A stretch of DNA of 64,000 bases. It comes from an uncultured Phycisphaerae bacterium. Lineage in GTDB: Bacteria > Planctomycetota > Phycisphaerae > JAAYCJ01. Made by a program: the position numbers and the translations under genes. Below the pieces are notes generated by a model that worked only from the letters and a program-made list of their open reading frames with translations, was not told the DNA's origin and did no database searches. Every line of letters starts with the position of its first letter. Position 1 is the stretch's first letter. Location of the stretch: assembly GCA_964563935.1 (NCBI GenBank), contig CAZLZE010000002.1, positions 6,205 to 70,204 of the forward strand, written 5' to 3'. Shown here in pieces: positions 25,715 to 35,867 of the stretch.

Positions 25715-28057
25715 ATGTGGATGCTTAACTCTCTGCACCGGATACGATACGCCTCTATGATCCTAGCCGTCTCGATTTGTCTTCATGAGGTCGTCAGCTC
25801 AGTTCAAGCGGTCGACTTTGACCCCTTCGCGGGACAAACGACGACGTCCACATCGGCCAAGAGCCTGAATACGGACAAAGGGCCGACCATTCCCCAAGTC
25901 CAATTCATCAATAACGACATGGCCATGGCGTTTCAGATCATCAGCGATGCCACCGGATGGAGCATTTTTCCAACAGCCGGCGCTTCCAAGGAGAAGATCA
26001 GTCTGTGGGCCAAGGATATTTCCGCACTGGACCTCCTGGACACGGTTGTCTCCATGTCCGGCCTGATCTACCACCGCGACGGGAACATCATCACGGTCAT
26101 GACATATGATGAATACATGGAACATCACGGTCTGGATCGAAAGGTCATCACGCCCAGATACGCTGAGGCCGAGGCCTTATCGGCCGTCATCAAACCTTTC
26201 TTCACGAAGCTGGGCAAGTGCGTCGTTCACAAGGAAACCAATAGCCTGGTCCTGTATGATTCCGAGGCCAACCTGAGGCTGACAACCAAGATTATCGAAT
26301 CACTCGATTGCCCCTCCAACGACAGCGTCATCGAGATCGTCGACCTTCAGTACGCCGACTCTGAAATGCTGGCCACCACGCTCAAGGATGTGTTCTCCCC
26401 CAAACAGACCAAGGAGAACGCCGCCTCCACCCGCCATACACAGTCATCGGCAACGGGAGCACCGAAGAATCCCACAGCGGGGACTCCGGAGCACTCGAGA
26501 ATGCTGGATACATTTCACAGGCCGATTGAGTTCTTCCCCATCGGCAGGACCAATCAACTGGTTGTCAAGTGCCGCAAATCCGACATCCGACACATCAAAG
26601 ATGTGGTGACTCGTCTCGACACCTACATGGAATCAACCACCAAGAGTTACCACTTCCTGTACGTGGACGCGGCGGAGGTCTATAAAGGTCTGGAACAGGT
26701 TCTCAACATTTCCGACCGGAAATACACGCAAAGTGCCGCGAAAAGCGGAGGCGTATCCAAGGGCCTGAGTCTTCTCGAGAAATCGAATTCAATCGTGCTT
26801 ACCGCCCCACCATCGGCGCACCGCATCATGACGTCCATCAAGGAATCCGTGGATGCGCCCGCCCCCTTCGAAGCCAGCGTGATACGAATCTATAAACTGG
26901 AAAATGCGGATGTCACGGAGGTGGCGGACGTCATCCGCCAACTCATCGAAGGTGCCGGAAAACAAGATCCGGCGATGGCACAAGCACAGTTTTCATCATT
27001 GAACATGGACAGAGCGATTATCAAACCCCCGGAACCCGCTCCGGGCATCCTTCCCGCGGCTCCCGCGATGCCTCCCCGCCTCCAGGACGTCGGTACCACC
27101 GGCGAAATTCTGAACAAGTTGGACGCCAAAGTGTCCGTGAGCAAATCCACGAATTCCATCGTCGTCCAGGCAACGGCGCGAGAGCAGAGGGAATTGGAGA
27201 GGATCATTCAAGAACTGGACAAACGCCGGCGACAGGTTCTGATCAAGGCCATGATCGTGGAAGTGACAACCACGGATAGTCTGAAACTCGGCGTGGAGCT
27301 CGGAAACGCCAACGGTCACCATATCGAATTCAGCTCGTTTGGACTGTCTACCATCGACCCCAAGACGGGAGAACGAACCATCGTCGTCAGTCCCGGCGGC
27401 ACGGCGGCGTATTTTGACACTCAGGATCTGACGGCCATCATCCAGGCATTGAAATCGGACGGCAACGTGAAAGTGTCCTCTGAACCGCAGATTCTCGTCA
27501 ATGACAACTCCGTCGGGACAATTCAAAGCGTGGCGGAGGAACCCATTACCCAGGTCAACGCCAGCCAGACCGTGGCCACCACCTCCTTCGCGGGATTCGT
27601 GGAAGCGGGAACTCAGTTCAAAATCACCCCGCACATCAGCCAAAAAGACTATCTTCGCGTGGAGTACGAAATCATCCTGAACACCTTCGGAACCCGATCA
27701 CCGGATCCCTCAATCCCACCTCCTCGCAGCACCAGCAGCATCAAAAGTGAAGCCACCGTTCCTGACACCCACACCATCGTCGTCGGCGGGCTGCAAACGG
27801 TCGAGGAGGGCGAAAGTTTCGACAAAGTCCCCATCGTGGGTGATATTCCGCTGATCGGCCTCGCATTCCGCAAGCAGACGACCATCAAACGATACAAAAC
27901 CAGCTACCTCTTCATCACGCCCTGCATCATGAAGGATCCCTCATTCAAAGATCTTAAGTGTGCTTCGGAGCAGGCCCAAACCCACATGGCGGACGTCGAA
28001 GAAAAGAGTACGCCCCCCTGCCACAAAATCGAGAAGAAAATACTCCGAATGAAATAG
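25715..28057 (+). CDS. gspD: Secretin
   Basis: Repeated N domains (TNSLVLYD, TNQLVVK, TNSIVVQ); RRRQVLIKAMIVEV; SEPQILVNDN; KVPIVGDIPLIGLAFR. Confidence 0.93.
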   Translation: MWMLNSLHRIRYASMILAVSICLHEVVSSVQAVDFDPFAGQTTTSTSAKSLNTDKGPTIPQVQFINNDMAMAFQIISDATGWSIFPTAGASKEKISLWAKDISALDLLDTVVSMSGLIYHRDGNIITVMTYDEYMEHHGLDRKVITPRYAEAEALSAVIKPFFTKLGKCVVHKETNSLVLYDSEANLRLTTKIIESLDCPSNDSVIEIVDLQYADSEMLATTLKDVFSPKQTKENAASTRHTQSSATGAPKNPTAGTPEHSRMLDTFHRPIEFFPIGRTNQLVVKCRKSDIRHIKDVVTRLDTYMESTTKSYHFLYVDAAEVYKGLEQVLNISDRKYTQSAAKSGGVSKGLSLLEKSNSIVLTAPPSAHRIMTSIKESVDAPAPFEASVIRIYKLENADVTEVADVIRQLIEGAGKQDPAMAQAQFSSLNMDRAIIKPPEPAPGILPAAPAMPPRLQDVGTTGEILNKLDAKVSVSKSTNSIVVQATAREQRELERIIQELDKRRRQVLIKAMIVEVTTTDSLKLGVELGNANGHHIEFSSFGLSTIDPKTGERTIVVSPGGTAAYFDTQDLTAIIQALKSDGNVKVSSEPQILVNDNSVGTIQSVAEEPITQVNASQTVATTSFAGFVEAGTQFKITPHISQKDYLRVEYEIILNTFGTRSPDPSIPPPRSTSSIKSEATVPDTHTIVVGGLQTVEEGESFDKVPIVGDIPLIGLAFRKQTTIKRYKTSYLFITPCIMKDPSFKDLKCASEQAQTHMADVEEKSTPPCHKIEKKILRMK

Positions 28058-28268
28058 CCCAAGAGGCGAACAGACAGCCTTTCGTACATGACAAGGTACA
28101 ATTATGGAAACTGCAGACGAGACATGGCACTCCATTCAGGTTTCCATTCAACCTGAAGTCAGGGAACCACTCCAATATCACACGGAACTCTTCCCTTCGC
28201 TCGTGGACTCACCTCCGAGAAGCGTCTGGATTCCAATGACCCCGGCAGCGTATTGCGTGGCCCGGGCC

Positions 28269-28313
28269 AGATTCATCGGCGGTCGCTCAGAATGACGCGT
28301 ATTGCTCTGAGCG
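28269..28313. repeat. Degenerate palindromic repeat remnant
   Basis: AGATTCATCGGCGGTCGCTCAGAATGAC; arms CGCTCAGA (28284-28291) and TCTGAGCG (28306-28313). Confidence 0.45.
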
Positions 28314-28435
28314 GGATAGAGATCGAAGCGATCGGGAGTAAGCCGTATGAGGTGCTGCTGGTTCTGGGCAGCATGTCTGGACTCTTCGCGCAGCTGGATG
28401 TGGATTGGTGTTTTGCGTAACCTGGACAAATCCGC

Positions 28436-29197
28436 TCAGGTTCCCACCCGCCTTTGAATGAAGGCATGGGTAATCTCAGCAGCCTGGTTCGTGTAGTCGC
28501 AGTATCCACGATAGCCCAGGTACCAGAATTTCCGGGAACTGACGTGGACAACGACTTCGTAACCATCCTCCCTGGCCGGCTCGCAATTCCGGGCACTTTC
28601 CGCGAAACGCACGATCAGCAGCCGATCCGACTGCACCGGAAGCTTTGCATAATCGATATGCCAATGTTTCAGCTCATCAAAAAAGACTCTGCTGATTCGC
28701 CATCCGCCGATATCAATGCGATCATCTTCGCCATGATGATCCCGAACGGACGTCGCAAGGCGCCTGAATCGAACCAGTTCCGCACCCGCCGTCACGGGCT
28801 CCCACAATACCGTCAGCGCAACCGCCGAGTTCGCCGCATGGGCCATGGCCGGGACTGCCCCCCCTCTGAATCCAATCACAACCACCTTCTTTCCTCCAAG
28901 GTCCGACAAGTGCTCGATCCCCGCCTGAACATCGTCGTGGAGTGTATCCAGCCGTATCATGGACGACTGCCCTTCACTCTCCCCTTGCCCGACGTAGTCC
29001 AGATAGAGCGTGCGATATCCTGCATTGCAGAAAAACCGTCCCATATTCATGAGAAATGTCCGGCTGTAATTGGCTTCCGTGAATAGTGAGTTCAGAAGCA
29101 AGATTCCGGGACCATTTTCATTACCGACAGGTTCATACATGCGTCCATAGATCCTGTGCCCACGAAGACACACCACATGTTCCGATGCATTCAACAT
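28436..29197 (-). CDS. Alpha/beta-hydrolase fold, resembles exosortase-A-system-associated hydrolase 2
   Basis: LDYVGQGESEG, VIGFRGGA (Arg at the nucleophile elbow), LWEPVTAG, DIGGWRIS. Confidence 0.7.
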   Translation of the reverse strand: MLNASEHVVCLRGHRIYGRMYEPVGNENGPGILLLNSLFTEANYSRTFLMNMGRFFCNAGYRTLYLDYVGQGESEGQSSMIRLDTLHDDVQAGIEHLSDLGGKKVVVIGFRGGAVPAMAHAANSAVALTVLWEPVTAGAELVRFRRLATSVRDHHGEDDRIDIGGWRISRVFFDELKHWHIDYAKLPVQSDRLLIVRFAESARNCEPAREDGYEVVVHVSSRKFWYLGYRGYCDYTNQAAEITHAFIQRRVGT

Positions 29198-29209
29198 GAG
29201 GCCACTCCT

Positions 29210-30148
29210 TTACAGATTCCACGCCCCGGGCGAACCGCCGGATCTGCCTCGGCCCATCTCGTGGGCCAAACGACCCGATGTCTTTGGTCCTGAGTCTTTC
29301 AGGTCCTCCAGGTATGCAACAATATGCCCGACAAGACTCTCTCTCTCCTCGTCCGATCCGAAGTTATGGCCTGCATTCCTGATGATCTGCACGTTCCAGG
29401 GCAGTTGATGCTCATCGATGAAGGGCCGATAATCCATCAGGTTCTTTTTTGAATAGGGGTCCTTTTCTCCGATGACAAGCTGGGACACAATTCGCCTCAT
29501 CTTCTCACTGCTCGCCCTCAGTCTCGCGATACTCACTGCTTCCTGCCTGTCCGCCATCGGTGTCCCAGCCGATTCCCGCAATACGGACATGACCGCTCGC
29601 ACGTCAATCCGACCACCAAGAAGTCGCCTGCACGTCTCCAGCCGGCACATTTTGCGAATGTATTCTCGCAGTCTGATCGCAAACCGCCCCCGACCCGGGC
29701 CTTTCCCCTCCAGATGCGTGAACTTCGGGGAAAGAAAGATCACGCCGTTCACAAGATCCAATTCGTTCCGCAAATGGAAGACAAGCGACGACACATCGCT
29801 GATGCACAATAGACAGATGCGCGACGCGCTCAATTCGCGAGCACAGTAGCGAATGATGACCGACGCATCATCCGCTTTGACACGGATGTCCGCCGTCATA
29901 CCGCCCGGGCTTTCTCCATTTCCCCGGCAATCGAAACGGACACCATAGACACCATTGCCCGCCAATCGATCCGCCAGGTACGGATACAGGTTGTTCGGAC
30001 CCAATTTGCATCCGTGCAGTGAATGCAGAAAAATCACGGCCGTGGTGGATGTGGGGTCTGGAACCGCTGGAATATGAATACACGTTGAGTATGCATTGGG
30101 ACCATCGTAAATGGTGATATGCTTGCGGTGACTGTCAACACTGATCAT
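29210..30148 (-). CDS. Alpha/beta-hydrolase fold, resembles exosortase-A-system-associated hydrolase 1
   Basis: RFDCRGNGES, LLCISDVSS, GVIFLSP, IIRNAGHNF. ATGA overlap gives start 30148. Confidence 0.7.
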   Translation of the reverse strand: MISVDSHRKHITIYDGPNAYSTCIHIPAVPDPTSTTAVIFLHSLHGCKLGPNNLYPYLADRLAGNGVYGVRFDCRGNGESPGGMTADIRVKADDASVIIRYCARELSASRICLLCISDVSSLVFHLRNELDLVNGVIFLSPKFTHLEGKGPGRGRFAIRLREYIRKMCRLETCRRLLGGRIDVRAVMSVLRESAGTPMADRQEAVSIARLRASSEKMRRIVSQLVIGEKDPYSKKNLMDYRPFIDEHQLPWNVQIIRNAGHNFGSDEERESLVGHIVAYLEDLKDSGPKTSGRLAHEMGRGRSGGSPGAWNL

Positions 30149-30831
30149 GGCTTCGCCCCACTCCGGAAACCTGCGTGCTCCTGTTCGTATTCTTTCGAGC
30201 AAGCCCCAGTTCCTCCTGATTCGATGAATGCCTGGAGACACTTGTCCCATTCCTCGTCACATCCCCTCCGCCAGTGAGGATCGCTTTCCGGACGTCTCAT
30301 CTTGCTGAACTTGTGCAGATAGATCCGAGGATCCGGATTCGTCGGGACGGGAATTCTGCATCCATTGGCCAAAACTGTAAAATCCTTGCCGCCGCGAATC
30401 AACGCAAGGTCGTCGGCCAATTCGCCATAGCCATCCATACCCACATTGGCGCTGCTGATCACAAAGAGCATGAGTTCCCGAGTCCTGACCTCATGGAAAA
30501 ACCGCTCGATGCGACGATCAATTTTCGCTTTGAACTCGTCAAACGATGTATCAAGTGTCTCGCGGGCAGGAAAATCATGATATGAATCGACGTTGTATTT
30601 CAGATCCCGGACAATCAGGTTTTCCTCCTGATAGGTGCCGATTACCTGCAGGTTTTCCCTGACCATGAAGTGGCGGAATCCACTCCGAAGGAGACAACGT
30701 AGACTCTCAAACGGCGTGATGAACCAGTCCAGGGGACCAGCGGACTGCCTTAAGCCCAGTCGACGGAGTTGCCAAGCCGTTTGACAGGTCGTGCCAAGAC
30801 TCACCACACTATCATGTGCAAGCAACATCAT
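30145..30831 (-). CDS. DUF1796-family putative papain-like protein
   Basis: VSLGTTCQTAWQLRRLGLRQSAGPLDW; HDF..KIDRRIERF. Confidence 0.8.
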   Translation of the reverse strand: MMLLAHDSVVSLGTTCQTAWQLRRLGLRQSAGPLDWFITPFESLRCLLRSGFRHFMVRENLQVIGTYQEENLIVRDLKYNVDSYHDFPARETLDTSFDEFKAKIDRRIERFFHEVRTRELMLFVISSANVGMDGYGELADDLALIRGGKDFTVLANGCRIPVPTNPDPRIYLHKFSKMRRPESDPHWRRGCDEEWDKCLQAFIESGGTGACSKEYEQEHAGFRSGAKP

Positions 30832-32336
30832 GCTCCCTTTCTTTTCCACATGTCTATGGGCTCCGAACCACCATCTCTGCGCGTCTTTCCCGTTGCCGTC
30901 TTCTCAAGCACGTCAACAACGTACAACTTCCTGGGCCACTTGTATGGAGCAAGCTTCCCCTTGAGCAGGCCGTGCACTTTCTCCAGGGTCACTTGTGCGC
31001 CAGGCGTGACAACGACCTTCACCGCGGGGACTTCACCCAAAAGAGGATCGGCCTCTCCGTAAACGACCGCGTCCTCGATTCCTTCATGATGCCGTATGAC
31101 CTCTTCAATTTCCTCCGGATATACATTGATCCCGCCAGTGATAACCACATTCTTTTTTCGTCCAACAAGGTAAATGCAGCCGTCTTCATCTCGCCGGGCG
31201 AGATCTCCCGTGTACAGCCATCCGTTTCGCAAGATCCTTCCGCTCTCCTCTGCGTTTCTGTAATAACCCTGACAGATGTTCTCGCCTCTCACTCTGATTT
31301 CGCCGATCGCTCCCACGGCAACGACGGTATCGTCCTCATCAACGATTTCCACCTGGACGTTGGGAATCGCTGTCCCCACCGACCCGATTTTCGTCAAGCT
31401 GTCTTCTGGAAGCAGCGCCGTCACCCGCGGCGAGCACTCCGTCTGCCCGTACGTGTGAACAAAGCCGGTATGAGGCAATTTTGCCATCAGTTCCCTTAAC
31501 ATCCCGCTGCTCGACGGACCGCCTCCGAAACACATATATCGGAGTGTCCGCAGATCATAATTGTCGAGGTAGGAACACGAGTTGATCATACCCAGCATCG
31601 TGGGCACAGCGGTGGTGCACGTCACTCGATGCCGCTGAACCAGGGCGAGGAAATCCTTCGCGGTAAACAGAGGACGATCATAGAGGACAATCGTTCCTCC
31701 CAATCGCGTATGCGTCAGGAATTGAGCGGTATGACAATATCCGAAGAAGAGTGGGAGGACGATCAATACTCTGTCATCATCTGTCAACCTCAGGGACTTA
31801 ATGTTGGACTCCGTGTTGGCCCGGAGGTTCTGATGGCTCAGCATCACCTTTTTAGGTCTTCCCGTGGTTCCCGAAGTATGCAGCATGACCGCAATATCCG
31901 ACGAATTCGCTCGCCGCGCCGACCGGTCCGCCCCACGCACGAGCCGGCAGTGCTGGTCTTCACCAATCGCGACGACCCCAATCTCCAGAACGTCCGCGAT
32001 GGCCAGCATCCGCTCCACATATCTCGTCTGGGTGATCACCCAGTTGCAGTCGCAGTACTCCAGTTCCGATATGACCTCATGATCGGTCAGTTTGACATTG
32101 ATAGGGATATTCGTGTTCCCCGCCAGGACATTGGCGAAATAGGCCGTGATGTACTCCGGTGAGTTTCCGGCGAATACCGCCACATTCTGCCCGTCTGCAT
32201 GTTGTCTGGAGAGAAGGTGGCTGCAGCCCTCGGCGAGGGTGTTGATTTCGTGATACGTCAACACGTTCTCCCCGCAGATGATGTACGGGGCCGCCGATGA
32301 ACGCCACAAGGTCAGAAAATCTTTAATTGGCTGCAC
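30828..32336 (-). CDS. Class I adenylate-forming (acyl-CoA/acyl-ACP) ligase
   Basis: HTSGTTGRPKKV, YGQTEC, WLYTGDL, GINVYPEEIE, APYKWP, KTATGK. Confidence 0.92.
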   Translation of the reverse strand: MQPIKDFLTLWRSSAAPYIICGENVLTYHEINTLAEGCSHLLSRQHADGQNVAVFAGNSPEYITAYFANVLAGNTNIPINVKLTDHEVISELEYCDCNWVITQTRYVERMLAIADVLEIGVVAIGEDQHCRLVRGADRSARRANSSDIAVMLHTSGTTGRPKKVMLSHQNLRANTESNIKSLRLTDDDRVLIVLPLFFGYCHTAQFLTHTRLGGTIVLYDRPLFTAKDFLALVQRHRVTCTTAVPTMLGMINSCSYLDNYDLRTLRYMCFGGGPSSSGMLRELMAKLPHTGFVHTYGQTECSPRVTALLPEDSLTKIGSVGTAIPNVQVEIVDEDDTVVAVGAIGEIRVRGENICQGYYRNAEESGRILRNGWLYTGDLARRDEDGCIYLVGRKKNVVITGGINVYPEEIEEVIRHHEGIEDAVVYGEADPLLGEVPAVKVVVTPGAQVTLEKVHGLLKGKLAPYKWPRKLYVVDVLEKTATGKTRRDGGSEPIDMWKRKGA

Positions 32337-32595
32337 GGCACGTTTCCAGGGTGGTCAAAATAACATTGATGTTCTTAAAGTTGTCCAGATCCACCACGTC
32401 GTCGTCGAAGGTGACCCCAAATGCGTCCTCGATTCCCGTGATCAGTTCGAGCATGGCAATGGAGTCAAACCCAAGCCCGTCAATCAAATCCACCTCATCC
32501 GTCAACGGTCGGCTCTTATCGGGCATGACCGATCGGACAACTTCCCTGATCATGTCTTTCATCAATTGAGTCTCCATCAAAAAAAGGGAAATCAC
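32323..32595 (-). CDS. Acyl carrier protein
   Basis: LGFDSIAMLELITGIEDAFGVTF (phosphopantetheine Ser). Confidence 0.9.
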   Translation of the reverse strand: MISLFLMETQLMKDMIREVVRSVMPDKSRPLTDEVDLIDGLGFDSIAMLELITGIEDAFGVTFDDDVVDLDNFKNINVILTTLETCRAAN

Positions 32596-33323
32596 TGCGT
32601 CCGGCTGTCGATGCAGAACACCTGCCCTGTCACACTTCTGATCTCATCCGAGCAGGCAAACGCGACAAAGTTCACCAGATCGTTCATATTCTCACGAATT
32701 CCCATCAACGACTGCGCCTTGGCAGCGGTTATCTTCTCCTCAACGGCCGAGTTCAGTTTGGAGGGAATAAAACCTGGGCATACCGCGTTCACCGTAATGT
32801 TGAATGCAGCCAGTTCCCGAGCCAGACTCTTTGTCAGGGCAATGACTCCGGCCTTGGCGGCACTATAATTGACTTGTCGGCGACAACCAACCAGTCCCTT
32901 GTACGAGGCGATATTGATGATTTTTCCCCGCTGGCGAGGGATCATCTTCCGCGAGACATATTTACAGGTGTTGAACACCCCGGTCAGATTCACATCAATG
33001 ACCTTCTGCCAATCCGCGGCATGCATGAGCGAACAGTATTCGTCCGACAGAACACCGGCGTTGTTGATCAACACGTCCACGGGTCCATGTCTTCTGACGA
33101 TACGATTAACCAACTCCTTCACGTCACCGGAATCGGTAACGTCCACCCGGTAAATATCCGTTTTCCGAAGCCAGTCCTCATCATACTCGGTTGTCGTATG
33201 CACCGTCGAAATAATCCGGGTATCTTCCCGCAGCAGCCGGTTTACCAGCGCTCGGCCGATCTGGCTGCCAATTCCACCTACAATGAAAATATTCCTCATA
33301 GAACCGGTCCAATCAGCCTTCAC
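32592..33323 (-). CDS. SDR oxidoreductase (FabG-like ketoacyl-ACP reductase)
   Basis: LINNAG, NYSAAKAG, VNAVCPGFI, VTGQVFCID; atypical GGIGSQIG cofactor loop. Confidence 0.88.
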   Translation of the reverse strand: MKADWTGSMRNIFIVGGIGSQIGRALVNRLLREDTRIISTVHTTTEYDEDWLRKTDIYRVDVTDSGDVKELVNRIVRRHGPVDVLINNAGVLSDEYCSLMHAADWQKVIDVNLTGVFNTCKYVSRKMIPRQRGKIINIASYKGLVGCRRQVNYSAAKAGVIALTKSLARELAAFNITVNAVCPGFIPSKLNSAVEEKITAAKAQSLMGIRENMNDLVNFVAFACSDEIRSVTGQVFCIDSRTQ

Positions 33324-33919
33324 GGAACAGGCGACAGGTATCCGACATTAAGACCGTGATACCACGTTAGCTTATACGTTCCCCACCGGAGTCTTCCACA
33401 GGCCTCGTCATGATTCAAATACCCCTGGTAAGCGCCAGGACGGAAGATCAAATGGCTGCGATCCATCCGATAGCCTCTGCAGTCTGTTACAAGGCGAGCG
33501 GAGCTTATTCCCTTCGGCCCGCCGTACCGGAAGTCCTCAATCGTTCCCGACAAAATGGTATAGTTGTAGTGGGGCAACAGCCATGTGGAGGTAATGGTCC
33601 AGTGGGCGTCCGTTCGCACTGGGACACTGTGGATGAAGACGTTCAGCCCCCCTTTCGCCTTCATGTCGAACCGGTAACGATCCTCATCCGCAAAATCATT
33701 GCTGACATAGTCGCCCTTGCCGTCAGGCTGTTCAAGAATTGTGAAATGTTGAATGATTCGTACATCACTCATGGCGCCGTTGGCATCAGGACCGCTCCCG
33801 GCTAGATATAACGTTGTCGGATAGTTCGAGGGCGGTATCTTCTCACCCAACAACTCCGAGCCATGCGCGAAGAAGAAGACTCCCACAACACCCAGAATCA
33901 CATATGGTCTCATCAGCAT
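33320..33919 (-). CDS. Secreted hypothetical protein (paralog A)
   Basis: Signal peptide; strong similarity to 33941-34555. Confidence 0.8.
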   Translation of the reverse strand: MLMRPYVILGVVGVFFFAHGSELLGEKIPPSNYPTTLYLAGSGPDANGAMSDVRIIQHFTILEQPDGKGDYVSNDFADEDRYRFDMKAKGGLNVFIHSVPVRTDAHWTITSTWLLPHYNYTILSGTIEDFRYGGPKGISSARLVTDCRGYRMDRSHLIFRPGAYQGYLNHDEACGRLRWGTYKLTWYHGLNVGYLSPVP

Positions 33920-33940
33920 CTCCTTGCTCCACGAATCGTC

Positions 33941-34555
33941 CTACTGCCCCTGTTTTCCAGAAGAAACGGGCACCAGAAGACCGGCATTCAGGCGATGATA
34001 CCAGACAAGTTGGTATGCCCCCGAAAGTAGCCGCCCGTTTGGCTCCCGTTTGCTGGCGAACCCCTGATATACCCCGGGATTCCACGTGTCGTACGCGCCA
34101 TCCGTATTGTACACACGGCACTCCGTCTGGAGTCGAGCCGTGCTGACTCCCGCGGGTCCGCCGTAGACAAATCCCGAAACCATGCCGGACAGAATTGACG
34201 TATCGAACGCTCCGAAGCGAGATCCAAGCCTCCATTGTGCGTCCGCCCTGACAGGCTTGCCAAAGACAATCACCTCCAGCCCGCCTTTTGCCTTCATATC
34301 CAGCTTGTAACAGTCCTCGTCCTTAAAGTCGTTGCCGACATAGTCGCCCTTGCCGTCCGGCTGCGCGATGATCGTGAAGTGCTGAAGAATCCGGATATCG
34401 CTCATGGTACCTTCTGCGTCCGGACCGCTGCCTGCCAAGTAGAGAATCGTCGAGTAATTCGGGGACGGGATCTTTTCGCCCGGCGCCGTGGGAACACAAG
34501 CAATAAGGAACACCAAGACCGTACCCATCCATATCCTGTTTCGCATTATAGTCAT
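33941..34555 (-). CDS. Secreted hypothetical protein (paralog B)
   Basis: Signal peptide; shares LYLAGSGPD, QHFTI, QPDGKGDYV.NDF, DMKAKGGL with paralog A. Confidence 0.8.
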   Translation of the reverse strand: MTIMRNRIWMGTVLVFLIACVPTAPGEKIPSPNYSTILYLAGSGPDAEGTMSDIRILQHFTIIAQPDGKGDYVGNDFKDEDCYKLDMKAKGGLEVIVFGKPVRADAQWRLGSRFGAFDTSILSGMVSGFVYGGPAGVSTARLQTECRVYNTDGAYDTWNPGVYQGFASKREPNGRLLSGAYQLVWYHRLNAGLLVPVSSGKQGQ

Positions 34556-34594
34556 TTCCTTCCGGCGGTTAGCCATACATAGCATTATGTTTAC

Positions 34595-35842
34595 TTACTC
34601 CGTCATGCGTTGAATGCGGTCCAAGAACTCCTTGGCTTTCCCGACGTATCCACAGTTCGGGTATTCCTTCAGCACAACGTTGAATCCATCCTTTGCCTCG
34701 GTGAATTTCCCCTGGAGCATTTTGCAGTACCCGACGAAAAACGCCGCATCCGGCGCCTGCAAGGCCTCGGGATATTCGGTGATCAGAGAAAGAAACAGGT
34801 CCGATGCCGCCTCAATCTCTCCCAGTTGAATCAGGCCGTGCCCCTTCATCAATATCATCTGGGGTACCAGGGTCCGGCGCAGGGAATTTCCGGCCGTTCG
34901 GGCCTTTCTGACGAATCCATCAATCTCGGCGATTGCTCCTTCATAATCCTCGCCGTCTTTCAAGCATTGACAGATGCGTACCTCCAGTGGAACGCGGTCC
35001 TGATCCTTCGTATGCCTGGCCACCCAACGCCGATATATCGCCACCGCACCTCGGTAATCCTTCTTCTCCATAAGCTTTTCTGCCACCGCCACATCCTTTG
35101 CCTGGGCATAGGCCGTCAACAGTGGCTGGGTTCGGGAATACGCAAGCAGACCATCGGCGAGCTGTTTCTTCTCGTTCGACCCATCGGCCATATTGATGCC
35201 CAGATAGGCTTCCATGGTCTGAAAAACCGATACCGGATCGTCCACTCCTTCCATCACTCCATCAAAATAGCGTTTATACACGCTCACGTCTCCTCGCGCC
35301 CGGCCAGCCGCAACCACATCCAACACCTTCAAGAGTGTCTGCAGGTCACGTGATTGGCTTCGCGCGAGGATGGTACGAATGATCCTGCCATACTCCTTGG
35401 CTGGTATCTTGTCCGCAAGCCACGCCAGGGATGCGATTTGCTCAAAAGGCGCCAGAGCCAATGGGCTATCCAAAACCTGCTTGTAGGCGGTCACTAACTC
35501 CTCCACTGGACGTCCGCATATGCTCTTGGCATAGGCTTTCTGAAAATAGAGCCGCGGCAACAGTCCCTCAGTGATGACGGATTCTGCCATGTGCCCCTTC
35601 TTCCATACCTGATATTTCGCCGTCTTCTCCTCCAGATAGTTCACCGCCTGTGCCGCTTCATTTCGGTTGATCATCTCCTCGGCCTTATCCGATATCGCCA
35701 GCACGTACTGGGCGTCCCCAAATCGCTCTTGAACGTCATCCGCAATCACGTCTGCACAAAAGGCCGCATAAGCCATGAACACGAATACGGGCATTAGTCG
35801 TATCGACATACGGAATCGTCTGGTACACGCATGATCTATCAT
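34595..35842 (-). CDS. Secreted TPR protein
   Basis: Signal-like N-terminus; C-terminal CpoB/BamD-like TPRs (LITEYPEA, VLKEYPNC..KAKEFL). Confidence 0.8.
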   Translation of the reverse strand: MIDHACTRRFRMSIRLMPVFVFMAYAAFCADVIADDVQERFGDAQYVLAISDKAEEMINRNEAAQAVNYLEEKTAKYQVWKKGHMAESVITEGLLPRLYFQKAYAKSICGRPVEELVTAYKQVLDSPLALAPFEQIASLAWLADKIPAKEYGRIIRTILARSQSRDLQTLLKVLDVVAAGRARGDVSVYKRYFDGVMEGVDDPVSVFQTMEAYLGINMADGSNEKKQLADGLLAYSRTQPLLTAYAQAKDVAVAEKLMEKKDYRGAVAIYRRWVARHTKDQDRVPLEVRICQCLKDGEDYEGAIAEIDGFVRKARTAGNSLRRTLVPQMILMKGHGLIQLGEIEAASDLFLSLITEYPEALQAPDAAFFVGYCKMLQGKFTEAKDGFNVVLKEYPNCGYVGKAKEFLDRIQRMTE

Positions 35843-35867
35843 CTTTGGTATCCCTGAATATGCGGAC

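Noticed and set aside
17104-28057. Type IVa pilus locus
   Set aside because: GspG/J/K-type pseudopilins and the absence of PilT fit type II secretion better.
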